A program made the position numbers and the translations under genes. From Lepidodermella squamata (Eukaryota; Animalia; Gastrotricha): a stretch of 64,000 bases of DNA. Every line of letters begins with the position of its first letter. The stretch's first letter is position 1. The notes beneath the pieces are model-generated. The model did no database searches. It was given only the letters and a program-made list of their open reading frames with translations, and had not been told where the DNA came from. Shown piece by piece: positions 51,929-64,000 of this stretch. The stretch is taken from assembly GCA_047495785.1 (NCBI GenBank), contig JBLDXI010000042.1:620001-684000 (forward strand). Reading direction: 5' to 3'.

Positions 51929-53436
51929 CGTCGTTTTTAGACTAGCGGAGGGTTACGGAGGCGTTCGTTAATGCCATCAGTTGCCAGACGCTCTGTTTTG
52001 ATTACGCAACTATGCGCTCTCACGAAAAAAGTGAATTTTCATTTTTTTATTGGTTTCAGGATGAAAATGCCCTGAGTAATTTTTTTTACTGAAAAAAGAG
52101 TTATAGCTAAAGGAAATTTTGTTTAGGCTGGGCTGAAGTCAAATTCAGCTACCAGCAAATTAATTTTCGTGGTTATGGCTCTCAAAATGAAGGCTGGGAA
52201 AACACAAAAAATCATTTTGCTGCATTTCACTCATATTTCACTGCTGTGAAGAATATTTTGTATAATGTCAAATGTGACATCAAGATTTTTTGTATTTTTA
52301 TTATACATGTCGTTCTTCAAGCAAGTGCCGGCGATGTTTTTTATATTTTTTAGAGGTCGATATGCGGAACGATTAAAAATTAAAAATTATTATAAATCTA
52401 CTGTTTTCGCGTGTAAAATGACCAAAATTACCGAAGCATGAGTTTTCCGAGGTTTCCCCGTAGGTATATTTCTGAAATTCTTCGGTAAATCGCGGATATA
52501 GGCTGGAAGATTCTTCCCATAGGTTTGATTTTGAAAAAATTCCTCAGCTGAATTTCCCCTAAAAACTTGCAAAAATCAATAACGATAAGTTAATAAGAAT
52601 TTCTTTCGGCCACTAATCTTATTCGTAAGGATCAACTATTTTCCTCGGATTTTTTATTTCAAAAACTTGCAAAATATAAAAATGGTTGCGTAAATTATGG
52701 GAATAGCTTTACTTATTTGTTGTAGGTCACGACTCTTGTTAGAAAAATAGGGCGAAATTCTCAATACGTGACCATCTAAATCAGTTGAAGTTGAATCAGT
52801 TATTGAAGAAATTCAACGTGTCGAAATATTCGACTATTCGAGGCTACAAGTAAAAATAACTTTCAATTACCAATAAAGAAGAAATTATACTTTTAATATA
52901 TTTCTTTTTGAAATTTCTTTCTTGACGCTTCGGAAAAAATCGAAATTCAAATTTCCGAAATTCCTCAGTTGCGTAATCGAAATTTGTCATAACAGAGCCT
53001 CTAAATAGCGAAACGAACGCCTCCGTACCCCTCCGTCGTGTAAAAACGGGTCCCCCACAGAGCAGCAGGCTTCAAAGCAGGGAAAACGCACTAAACAGTC
53101 CTCTCAGCAGGCGCTCAGGCTTAGCCTCTGATTTTCAACCAATGCACTAACATGATGATCAGCTATTCTAGCTTTTCACACCAAAAATTGAGGAACATAA
53201 GTCATCAAAACTCCGTAATGTAACACAGACCTCACTTTGGTCGAAAAAGTCGTTTTTCGAGATTTTTTCAAAATTCATAAGCCGGACTACTAAAGTTATG
53301 ATGAGTTCATATTCAGAAAACTACGCCGAATTTTATCGTAATTAATTCGATTTATTGTTGCGTGGCGTTTGCACCGCTTTTTGAGTTTATCCTGCTTTGA
53401 AGCCTGCTGCTCTGTAGGGGACCCGTAAAAACGACG
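51929..53436. mobile_element. Nested TIR element with a 3-bp TSD (AGT)
   Basis: AGT|CGTCGTTTTTA..GGAGGCGTTCG ... CGAACGCCTCC..TAAAAACGACG|AGT. The empty site (GTTAGTGGCA) is visible in the copy at ~63700. Confidence 0.85.
53048..53424. mobile_element. Innermost MITE with an 8-bp TSD
   Basis: GTAAAAAC|GGGTCCCCCACAGAGCAGCAGGCTTCAAAGCAGG ... CCTGCTTTGAAGCCTGCTGCTCTGTAGGGGACCC|GTAAAAAC. Confidence 0.9.
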
Positions 53437-56400
53437 AGTGGCACCCTCCTTAAAAGAACTCCCTCGTTTATAGACCGTAATTTTGGACCCTGCTAAATAA
53501 ATTAGTTGTAAATTATTAATTTAACAAATAATAATTTTTTGATAGATTAAACAAATTAAGCGTGAAAAATTAAAATAATAAAGCGTTCCTAGAAACCTAG
53601 CGGCGCGTTGTCGTGGTTTTGAGAGGTCCAGTGTTTTCAAGTTTAGTTCAAACGAGTTGAAAGATCATCAGTGCATTAAGCTGTTCTCGTGGCTTTGAAA
53701 TGGCTGTGATTATGCAACAGAGTGTGAGGATTAGCTGCCACTCAAGTCGTGCTGCGAGTCGTCTTGTTTTTTGTTAAACTTTTCTATCAGAAATTACGCC
53801 AATTTATCAGAAAAAATCAGCAATTCATTTCAATAACTATAAAAATGCCCGTCAATCTTAGCTCTCCTTGATTTGCTGATTTTCCCTCAGGCCAATTGCT
53901 GATCAACTAAAAGACTCATCTGAATTGCCCTGATTTTTCAATTTTTACATTTTTCCCGGCCAGAAAATCTCATGAAATATACCAGCATTATTAGCATGAT
54001 CAAATTAGGATATAAATCGTGATTTTTGTAAGGAAACTGAAACTTCAGTTTTCCCAATTTTGTTCCCGGCTGTGTTGCGTAATCATGAAGAATCGCGTCC
54101 TGGTTTTACGATTTATTTTAATTTCGATACATGCTGGATTTATTCTCATAAAATTAGATCGCTTTCATTCGTTCCCGTTGTCCTGAGTTATTGGTTATTA
54201 GCCGATTTTCGATAGTCGATAGGCCTGATGAAACAGGCTGCCACTACTCTACAATTTCATTGCTCAACGCCTTGGCAATTTTACGGGTTTTTTTTTACAA
54301 CTTTTAATAATTCGATTTTGACTCGGATCTTAATAGGCCAGTCGAGTGAAAATGAGATCACGCCTGAGAAGATGCAAATGTATTCCATTCAATCTAAACG
54401 CCCTCTTGACGGAACCACACGTCTTATGCCGTGAAATCGGTCCGTGATTGCTCAATGCCATTATTTCGATGAATTTAAAAAAGAAAAAGTCAGGTTAACC
54501 GCGAAAAAATTGTCGAAAATACATTTTTCATCCTAATTGTTTCAAATTTCATATTATTTTTTAAATAATTCTACGAATTTTAGGCTAAGCATGAGTTATG
54601 AATTGAACACAGCATTATCTTGAAAATGTTTGGCTGAATTTGCTAGTGATTCAGAAGTATTCTGGTCAATCTTGACCAAGGTGATTGATTTTTAAGCTGT
54701 GATTTCAAATGGAATTTGTTTGCAAAATCGGACGAGCTGGGAATTTTTGAAGTAAATTGAAATAATGAGATTCCAGGTTTTTTTTTATCCTGAGTTCGTT
54801 AACCACAGGCAGGACTTCAGAGTAAAAAAACAAGGCCAACCAGTCAAATCATAGCCGCCCTGGCAAATAAGAATAAAAACTAGGCGAAGAACTTATTATT
54901 CATAGTGTTATTGTTTAACAGCCTTTAGCGAGCGAAATTTGCAATGACACGTAATCCGTGTCCGTCTCTTTCTGCGCGTTGGCATGGCAACTGTCTTAAG
55001 GCGTAGAAACGGTCTATTTTTAGCTTCTGCATTCAATTACAGCCCTCGTTATAGCGCTCCCTTGTTTAAAGACCGGGTCTGGCTCCCGACCCAGTGCTTT
55101 TATCGAGGGAGCACTGTATTTAACAATTTATTTGAATTTATTTCAATGTATTCAATATTTTGTAAAAGGGCGAAGTATTTTACATTACCGCAGTATTTTT
55201 GCCACAGCACTTTTTGCAAAGTTATCCCAGACTATTACTCTGACTTATATTATTCGTCTATAATCTGTTCATCTCGATCAGCTGTTATAGCTGCCCATTA
55301 ATACCAACCACATAAATTATTATTAATTCTAGATTTTCGAGCGCGGAAACAATCAAAATTTATAGATTTTGATGAAGCGCTATTCGCTGATTTATTAATT
55401 TCCAATTTATTGGGAATTTTGCTGACAGCCGCGTAGAAAGCCGCAGGTTTGCTGGAAGAAATTGATGAAAAAATCGATAGAGTAAAATAACTGAAAAATC
55501 ACAAAAGTAATGAAAAATGATGAAAAACGCGTGTCGTTGGCTATTTTATGCTCCTCCAATGCCTACGCCTATCCGAGGCCAACTTTGAATTGATCTGAAA
55601 AAGGCTAAAATCGTCGAATTTTTGAAAAAATGAGCAAAGAGCTAAGGCCAAATTAGAGGTTGCGACTTTAGGTCATTTTTAGCCGAATCTCAGGAAGCCT
55701 ATCGAAGCCTAAATTGGAGGTTGGTCTTTTTGACGAGAGCCAACGCAAAAACACTTCAACATGGTAAAAGCCTATCGAAGCCTAAATTAGGAGTTCGAAT
55801 TAGTGGTTAAGCCCAAAAACCCTATCTGAGCCTACGGATTTTCGACAGGGATTTTCCTGCCAATAGGTTTGGAAAGCCTCAGAGCCTTGCTCGAGGGCCT
55901 TGCTCGAGGGGCCATTGTCGCCAGGGATAATTTTGGCCCATGCCACGGCGAACAGGGCGAAAATAACGAAAAAAGACGGGATCATTATCATAATTTTGGT
56001 TGACGAGAATATTCTACATAGGAATCAATTCACAGCTATTTATATATGAATTTGTGCGTTGGTGCATGGTGTCGCGATTTTTTTTCATGAGATTTCAGCT
56101 GTTCGTCGCGATACTGATAACAGCTAGGGAGAAAATCTCGAATTAACTGATATTTCTTGTTTGAACACCTGCATAGTAGAACCCGACGAGGGACGTTGTA
56201 TTAAATAATTTCAAGTGCCGAGTGCTCATAAAATTGCACTCCAATCGATAAGCGAATGCTTCCTAAAGTGAATCCGGAGAGTTCAAGTTGAGGTCAGATA
56301 TAGTGACTCGAAATAATTGTTTTAAAATAAAGCTCTTCAACTTAAAAAGGTAGCCTTGAATAACTGTCGATTATTTATTTCGAGATAATAATAATGTGGG

Positions 56401-56626
56401 TATAATGTTTACACTAAATGTCGTAAATGTACATTAGTACATTAGTATAATGTTTATACTAAAAATACTAACGTCGAGATAATGTGGGTATAATAATGTC
56501 ATTCAGCTTTCGTTATTTACATTACTGAATCTCTTTTAATCAAAACTCTCATAAATAAACTTATGAATAATATTTTAGTCAGATTTTTGAATTGTCCTCA
56601 CTGAACATCGATGATGATAGCCGATC

Positions 56627-59600
56627 TCACAGCAATTCAGGAATCGCGAAAGCAGCACAATAAATTTCCAGAATTCGCTGGATTTCGAAGGCGACAAAAG
56701 CAGTCGAGAAAACATTGAGGCAAGCAATGCTTCCCATCAACGGCTCGACTGGAGTAGCCCAAGATCTGTGAACAAGTATTAAATCGGTAAATCAACATTA
56801 TTTGTGAAAGATACATACCCTCCCAAGTGGAACGAGCTGGATCGGGTGAATGGTGAAGGGGGCGTAAGTTCCTCGGTACCACCTTTCGCTGTACACATAA
56901 AATACACTGTTCCTCCATCAGCGTCATAACCAATATGAAGATGATGCCATGCGGCCCGGGCAGAGCCGGAGCAGCCACATGATTTATCACCACCCGACCC
57001 ATCACCATACGGCCTGAGCGTAAATGCTTGATTGACATCGGCGGTAAGTCGGAGACCAGGGTTCGACCCATCGGGAGCGAATTCCAGGATGGTGCCTTTC
57101 ATCGTAGCCGAAGCTGCGAACAAACTCATTGCAAAGTTGACATTCAAATTTATCTTTCCGGCAGTTGCAGCGATAGGATCGGTTGAGTTGTAGTAAAAGG
57201 CCGAGTTAGGCCGGCCAAATGGCCCAGTCACTTGTTGAAGGGCGGTATTCGAGGTCGAAAAATCAGCTCTAGGCTCGACGCGGTCATTCAGATCGGAAAC
57301 CAGCGGCCAACTGGCAATTAACCCTGGCAATCTCGATTTCAACACGTCCATAGTCACAATCTGTCCGAGCTGAATTTGAAGGCACTTTTTGCGAAGGATC
57401 CACAATTGGTCGAGGGTCATGGCGTGTCTGTGAAGCGAAAAGCAAGCCAGTCTGCCATTGAAAGCAACTGTTCCCAGCAAATCACCGCCGAGTTTTATTT
57501 TCGAGCTAACCCCCGCTAAGAAAGTGGTTTTACGCCCCTGCTCGAAGTTATCATGTACTGTCAGGATCGTCTTCGGAGTTGTATCGGCGTTGTAACTTAC
57601 AGCGGCGAATGCCCAATTCGGATCCACAGTAGGCACAATAGAACCCTCATAAGTGAATCCCAAACTCGGACCTGTAAGAGATGAAGATCTAATTAGTAAA
57701 CAATTTCGTCCAAGGTTAAAGGTGAAAGGCTACAATGACTGAGAAAAGCTTAGGACGGTGCTCTTCGTTTAGATCCAAATCTTAATACGAACCTAATCTA
57801 CATACTAATGGGATACTAGTTTTCAGCTGGTGAGGAAAAATGCGTTTTTGGCACGTAAAATCACCAATTTAAGCATCCGCCAATGACGGGGCCAACAACA
57901 ATAGAACTTCACCCGGGCGAGCCATTTACCCTCGCCTTTATGCTAGTGTTATTGAGACTATAGAAAAGATTATAGCACAAGCAAACATAGCTGATGTAAA
58001 ACTTACTCAGTTCCATAAAAAGTGAATCTGTTGCTCTGTTAAGGCTAAGCCCAAGAAGATCTCTTGTGTCGTAGAACCCGAAAATTCGTTGCATTCCGGT
58101 GGAACCCAACGGTAAAAACACGTATGCAGCAAGCGTGAAAGAAGCATTCTCGAAGTTGAGTAAGCTGTTTTCCAAGAACACGGAACCTTCGGTGGAATCG
58201 ATAACTAGCGCTGAGCTGCTGTAGGGACCGCTGTCGAAGGTCAAAGATGCGCCAGAGTAATTGCCATGGATGCCGTTTCCACTGATGTCACTCGTACCAA
58301 ATTCCTGGCTGAGAGGCAGATAAACAGTCTCCAGCGGTAGCCCGAAAGGAGTCTCTGTGCCGAAAATTCAAATTATCATCTAAGAAGCCAAGGGAAGCTA
58401 GCTCACGCTTATCACACAGCTCTGCACTTTTGAACGTCGATGTTGAAGTCTGAACATTAAAATAGCCGTGGTGAAACATTATGTCTCTATTTTTATAGCT
58501 CACCCAGTTTTGGGGACAATCGCTTGCTACTGGAACGCATTTCGCCGCCATAAGAAGGGGAAACGTGCAAAGCTTGTGCTAGAAAATCGAATAGAATGAA
58601 TCGAATATCGAATAATGATCGGACATCTAAAAGCAGTAAAAATTGGACAATACGATGAAATACCGTATCTGCCGTGGTATCCACTTTGCAGGCGTCGTGA
58701 TTCTCCTTGAATGACGATAAGCTCCCATAGACTTTAACCTAAACTCGTGAAATAGCTGTGGACTTGGGCAAGCAGAAGTCGAAATGATTGGCTCACTTGT
58801 GTGCCATTCGGAAAAACTCCATAGCACTGGTTTCCACTGGCTGTGACACATTGGACGGCTCTCTATCGAAACAGAAAAAATGGAGTTCAATCGCCTTGAT
58901 TATATTATCAAATTAAAGTGACTTTCTTCTGTTCACGTGTTTTTTTAAGAATAGGTCGTGCGTGCTAAGCTGTGGGAATCTCCCCAGCTTGCCCAGACCG
59001 GAGATGGAAGTAGCCAAATTTAAAATCGATTTTAAGTGGTGTTGGAACATGTTTCAGTCAAAATTCAGAAAATTTTCGAAAAATAGCAAAAAATAATAAT
59101 ATCCATGGCTTCAATTTTCATCAATTTTTCATTTTATTAGCAGAAATTTTGAACTGAAATATGTTATAGAAAAAATATCAGTCATTACCCCTTTCAGGCA
59201 GTTTTCCCTGTTGCTAAACGTAGCCGTCGAAAATTGTCGAGTTTCCGCCCCAGCCCGGCAGCCAGATGTCTCTAGGCGGCAATCAATGAAGCTCCCGTTG
59301 GACGAGCTGAAGCACCTAACATGCGGTTTCTCGCTGTCTGGAACTTGTACTGCTACAGTTCAAAATAAATGAATTAATAAGCTAACTTTTAGTATTAATA
59401 ACTCTCACGCGCAGTTCCAGAGATACACAGGCCAAGATTAGAATAATTGCCCCCTGCGACCTTCAAGAAACAAACAAAGTATTTAAAACTATATTTACTC
59501 CTATGACCGGAATAAGTTTTCTAACCCAGTTTTCAGGACAGGCGTAGTTGGAGAGTACACATGTTTTCAACACTCCGTTGTCCGTGCACCGCTTGAAAGC

Positions 59601-60761
59601 TTGAGTCTAAAATCACCGTTTTACACAAAAAGCAGGAAAAATAGGCGTAAAAGAAATTACCGCGAACTTAGATCTCGCGCTGTTACAAGCAGCCAAACTG
59701 TCTTTCAAAGTGTTATTTCGGTACCAGTCAAGCTGATCAAATCAATAAAAAAGATTGGCATTCAATCGAACGTGGATGGGTAAATTTACTTCGATTTCTC
59801 TGTCAGCAGCTGGTTCGCCAGTTAATTTGCAGTTGCCGAGGCCAGGATTGCATCGTGGTGTTAGGGCGCCGTATTTGTAGCACATTTTAGCATTCTGATG
59901 TCGATGCAAAATTGCATCAGGAATACACCAGCCATTCAAAAATCTCATACCCCTAATCGGCAACTTTGTAGATCTGGGAACAAGGGTCCCCACTAAGAAA
60001 AATTAATGGAAAGTCAAACATGCAATTGCAAGACATTAACTGGAAAACTTTGAGAGAAATTCGGTAACAAATTCGAAATTGAAGCTCATATGTTAGAGCA
60101 CCGAGTTTCGATTCTAATCGAAACAACTCGTAATTTTATATGAATCACAGCCAAAGTTTACGGGAGGGAGCGCTTTCTAGATCGGAATCAAAACGAGTGA
60201 TCTAACATTTTTAGAGCACGGCTCTAATTTTCAGGGACGGAGTTACTCGATTTTTTCTCGATTTTAATATAATTTTGTGCTGCAAGTGACCATCACCTAG
60301 TATCTATCCGATCTGCGAACCAGCAAGGAACTGCCTATGTCACCAACATGGCATGAATTTCCCTCAGATTCTTTGTATATTGACCCAAAAAATTGGCCTT
60401 TTTGAGTGCAAAGAGAAGAAACTATATCCAATCAGACTGGCTAAAATTAGCTTATTAGTGATCAGCATTGTCTCTGCCTCTGACCCGACATTTATTTAGG
60501 GCCTGACATCTATTTTTTCGGACTACCTCTAACCTCTGAAATTTATTTGAGGTTGCCATTTTCGTGCTGTAATAATTCTTCGATTTATTGAAATAAATTA
60601 TTGAATAATACCTGATACTCGGTAATAGGATCACAGGTAGGGCTGTTATCGCGGCAAGAAGTGAAATCGTTGTTTGTCACCTTGAAGCATCGCTTGAAGA
60701 CCTGGCCTGATGCCTGGCTGGTTAGTAACGCGAACGAAATTAGCGAAATAAAGCTGCTCAT
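56627..60761 (-). CDS. Family copy 5: 14-exon secreted Cys-rich + tandem LamG/ConA-like protein, apparently intact
   Basis: Signal peptide MSSFISLISFALLTSQASG. All exons were traced with matching phases. The protein ends CAAFAIPELL, with TGA at 56627-56629. Exons 2 and 13 are closest to copy 1. Confidence 0.88.
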
Positions 60762-60846
60762 TGCTATTTTGATTGAAAAATAAAAAACTATTAATGACAC
60801 GCTGGGGTTGAAAATTTACTAAAACCACGCGTTTAGGGCCAGGCTC

Positions 60847-60857
60847 GTGGCTCGTGC
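60847..60857 (-). promoter_or_regulatory. Conserved upstream motif GCACGAGCCAC, copy 5
   Basis: Identical 11-mer 86 nt upstream of the ATG. Confidence 0.65.
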
Positions 60858-61969
60858 GGCATATTTCATTTTCAAAACAACATCACTGTTTTGCTATAAT
60901 TTAAGCTTATTTGGTGAATCTTGGTGATATAGCACAAGCCAGCGAATTACGATTCGCCGTGATTCCTTATTCCTTAAATGAGCATTTTTTCACGTCACTT
61001 CTTGGATTCGATCGATTCGATTCCTAGCGTTTTCAGGGTTTTCATCGAGCTGTGTGCGTCCCTGGAAACTAGGTCAAAGCTAGCGCGCACACAACTTTTT
61101 CTGTGCAAGCCATTATGAATTTTTAGGTGAGGAAAATTAGCCAGCTTGATAGATGAACATGTCCCGATGCTTACCGATTTTTCTAGGTGATTTCCGATGA
61201 TACAGCGCGGTTAAAATTAGAAAAAGTGTGTGGGGTAAAAAACCACCCCCTCGACTGCAATTCGCCATAACTATAGTGAAACCCGCCAAGGGTTAACAAA
61301 CCAGCCTTCAATAATATGCGTTAGACAATAACACGGTTAAATTCTGCATAATTTTTCACCCTGTAGCACTCATTGTTAGACACGGGGTGCAATTATGGAG
61401 AATCCAACTTTCCCTTTCAAAGCGAGTAACTCTCATTACAGACTGACATCAACTAATCATTGAAATTGCAACTCAGTGTAAACTTTAAAATCATTATATT
61501 CCTCACTTCGTGAGTTATATGAATCACTGAAATTTCACAAGACGTTGTATAACATAGTAATTCACGACGGAGAATCCGTAAAATGACTCTCGAGGTCATG
61601 GGATGCACCCTACCTGCTCAGGTTAGCAACCTTACCTGAATTTTTCGATCCACACCTATCCAGGCGATGCTGATAAAAAAAATTAAAAAAAACACCATCG
61701 TAATCAGCGTCATTTGTTACGCTACATAACAAATTCTCACATTTTTTATGCGCTGCTGTCAGACATTACAAATGGGGTCCCAAATCGATGCACCCTTTTT
61801 ACAGTGTAAAAGTTGAATCGCATCTGTTGAACTTAGACAGCACATTGAAGTTTGTATGGACGTTGGTGTTCGAAGTTGTACCGGATTACGGTAAAGGAAT
61901 AAATAAATTCCCTTGCAATAGATTGCAATAGATTCCCTTGCAAAAAATCATGACATTGCTTACTCATTA

Positions 61970-63714
61970 CAGTGCTCCCTCGATAAAAGCACTGGGTCGG
62001 GAGCCAGACCCGGTCTTTTAAGAAGGGAAAGCTATAACGAGGGCTGTAATTGAATGCAGGAGCTAAAAATAGACCGTTGCCATGTCTTAAGACAGTTGCC
62101 GTGGCAACGCGCAGAAAGAGACAGACACGGATTACGTGTCATTGCAAATTTCGCTCGCTAAAGGCTGTTAAACAATGACACTATGAATCATTAGTTCTTC
62201 GCCAAGTTTTTATTCTTATTTGCCAGGGCGGCTTCGATTTAACTGGTTGGCCTTGTTTTTTTACTCTGATTTTAAGTCCTGCCTGGGGTTAACGAATAAA
62301 AAAAACCTGGAATCTCATTATTTCAATTTACTTCAAAAATGCCCAGCTCGTCCGATTTCGCAAACAAATTTCATTTGAAATCACAGCTCATTTGACAAAA
62401 TCAATCACCTTGGTCAAGATTTACCAGAATACTTCTGAATCACCAGCAAATTCAGCCAAACATGCTCAAGATAATGCTGTGTTCAATTCATAACTCATGC
62501 TTAATTCGTAGAATTATTTAAAAAACAATCTGAAATTTGAAACAATTAGGATGAAAAATGTATTTTCGACAATTTGTTCGCGGTTAACCTGACTTTTTCT
62601 TTTTTAAATTCATCGAATTAATGGCATTGAGCAATCACGGACCGATTTCACGGCATAAGACGTGTGGTTCCGTCAAGAGGGCGTTTAGATTGAATGGAAT
62701 ACATTTGCATCTTCTCAGGCGTGATCTCATTTTCATTCGACTGGCCTATTAAGATCCGAGCAAGGTAAAAATCGGGCAGAAGCTCCCGCCGCCCCTCCTC
62801 GGGATGTTGCGATTTTCAAAGTCAAATTCGAATGATTAAAAGTTGTAAAAAACCCGTAAAATTGCCAAGGCGTTGAGCAATGAAATCGTAGAGTAGTGGC
62901 AGCCAGTTTCATGTTAGATCAGGCCTATCGACTATCGAAAATCGGCTAATAATCCAATAACTTAGGACAACTGGAACGAATGAAAACGATCTAATTTTAT
63001 GAGAATAAATCCGTGTATCGAAATTAAAATAAATCGTACAACCAGGACGCGATTCTTCATGATTACGCAACACAGCCGGGAACAAAATTGGGGAAACAGT
63101 TTCCTTAAAAAAATCACGAATTAAATCCTAATTTGATCATGCTAATAATGCTTGTAAATTGCAAGAGATTTTCTGGCCGGGAAAAAGCTAAAACTTGAAA
63201 AATCAGGGCAATTCAGATGAGTCTTTTAGTTGATCAGCAATTGGCCTGAGGGAAAATCAGCAAATCAAGGAGAGCTAAGATTGACGGGCATTTTTATAGT
63301 TATTGAAATGAATTGCTGATTTTTTCTGATAAATTGGCGTAATTTCTGATAGAAAAGTTTAACAAAAAACAAGACGACTCGCAGCACGACTTGAGTAGCA
63401 GCTAATCCTCACACTCTGTTGCATAATCACAGCCATTTCAAAGCCACAAGAACAGGTTAATGCACTGATGATCTTTCAACTCGTTTGAACTAAACTTGAA
63501 ATAACTGGACCTCTCAAAACCACGACATCGCGCCGCTAGGTTTCTATGAACGCTTTATTATTTTAATTTTTCACGCTTAATTTTTTTAATCTGTCGAAAA
63601 ATTATTATTTGTTTAATTAAAAATGTACAACCAATTTATTTAGCAGGGTCCAAAATAACGGTCTACAAACGAGGGAGTTCTTTTAAGGAGGGTGCCACTA
63701 ACGAGGGAGCACTG
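61970..63714. mobile_element. Second copy of the 1.7-kb CAGTGCTCCCTCG element, in inverted orientation
   Basis: Same TIRs and TA TSD. It is collinear in reverse complement with 53437-55116, apart from a ~60-bp extra segment at ~62761-62820. Confidence 0.92.
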
Positions 63715-64000
63715 TAATTGTATAAAACAAGAGAAAACAGGAAAATCCCAGATCCAGCGCAGTACCGGACGGTGCTGGATTGGCGTGAAGCAATGTAAAT
63801 ACTCGGCGACCTGATATAGCATGATCAGTGCTCGACAGTGCTCGACAGCCAGCCCTCCATCCTGCCTCATCCAGCACCGCCATCCAGCACCTGCACTGAA
63901 TGGCATGAATTTGCGTGAAAAAAACAGCGACGCGTAGGAACGAACTCGAGATCTTCAATGCTTCTAGCAGCTACTACGCAACTATGCCACGGTCGCTTCT

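Larger units (their letters stand above)
51911..55116. mobile_element. 1.7-kb non-autonomous Tc1/mariner-type element carrying two nested insertions
   Basis: TA|CAGTGCTCCCTCG ... CGAGGGAGCACTG|TA. The body is the reverse complement of 61970-63714. Confidence 0.9.

Noticed and set aside
55800-55991. Short ORF with a signal-peptide-like start (MIMIPSFFVIFALFAVAWA)
   Set aside because: It runs into a repeat terminus and has no supporting exons or paralogue.
1-64000. Species or phylum assignment
   Set aside because: There is no conserved marker gene in the window. Only an animal-like eukaryote with short introns can be inferred.

Overview
Eukaryotic, animal-like genomic DNA with short (~50-80 nt) GT-AG introns. 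No bacterial operon, rRNA, tRNA or CRISPR signal was seen. The backbone is a tandem array of five minus-strand paralogues of a gene family I do not recognise. Each full copy has 14 coding exons and encodes a ~750-aa secreted protein: signal peptide, six short Cys-rich modules arranged as (A-B-C)x2, then two tandem LamG/concanavalin-A-like domains. Copies 2, 4 and 5 splice into open frames. Copy 1 lacks exons 10-12. Copy 3 lacks exons 1-7 and begins exactly at the 3' end of a Helitron. All four copies with a 5' end share an invariant upstream 11-mer and a YAG-CA-ATG acceptor. The spacers and pseudogene introns are filled with transposons: Sola-type, LINE fragments, an apparently intact intron-containing piggyBac, a Helitron, a MULE, a truncated Ty3/Gypsy, a Harbinger-like Myb/SANT relic, nested MITEs and large palindromes. 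Exon boundaries and identities were worked out by eye.
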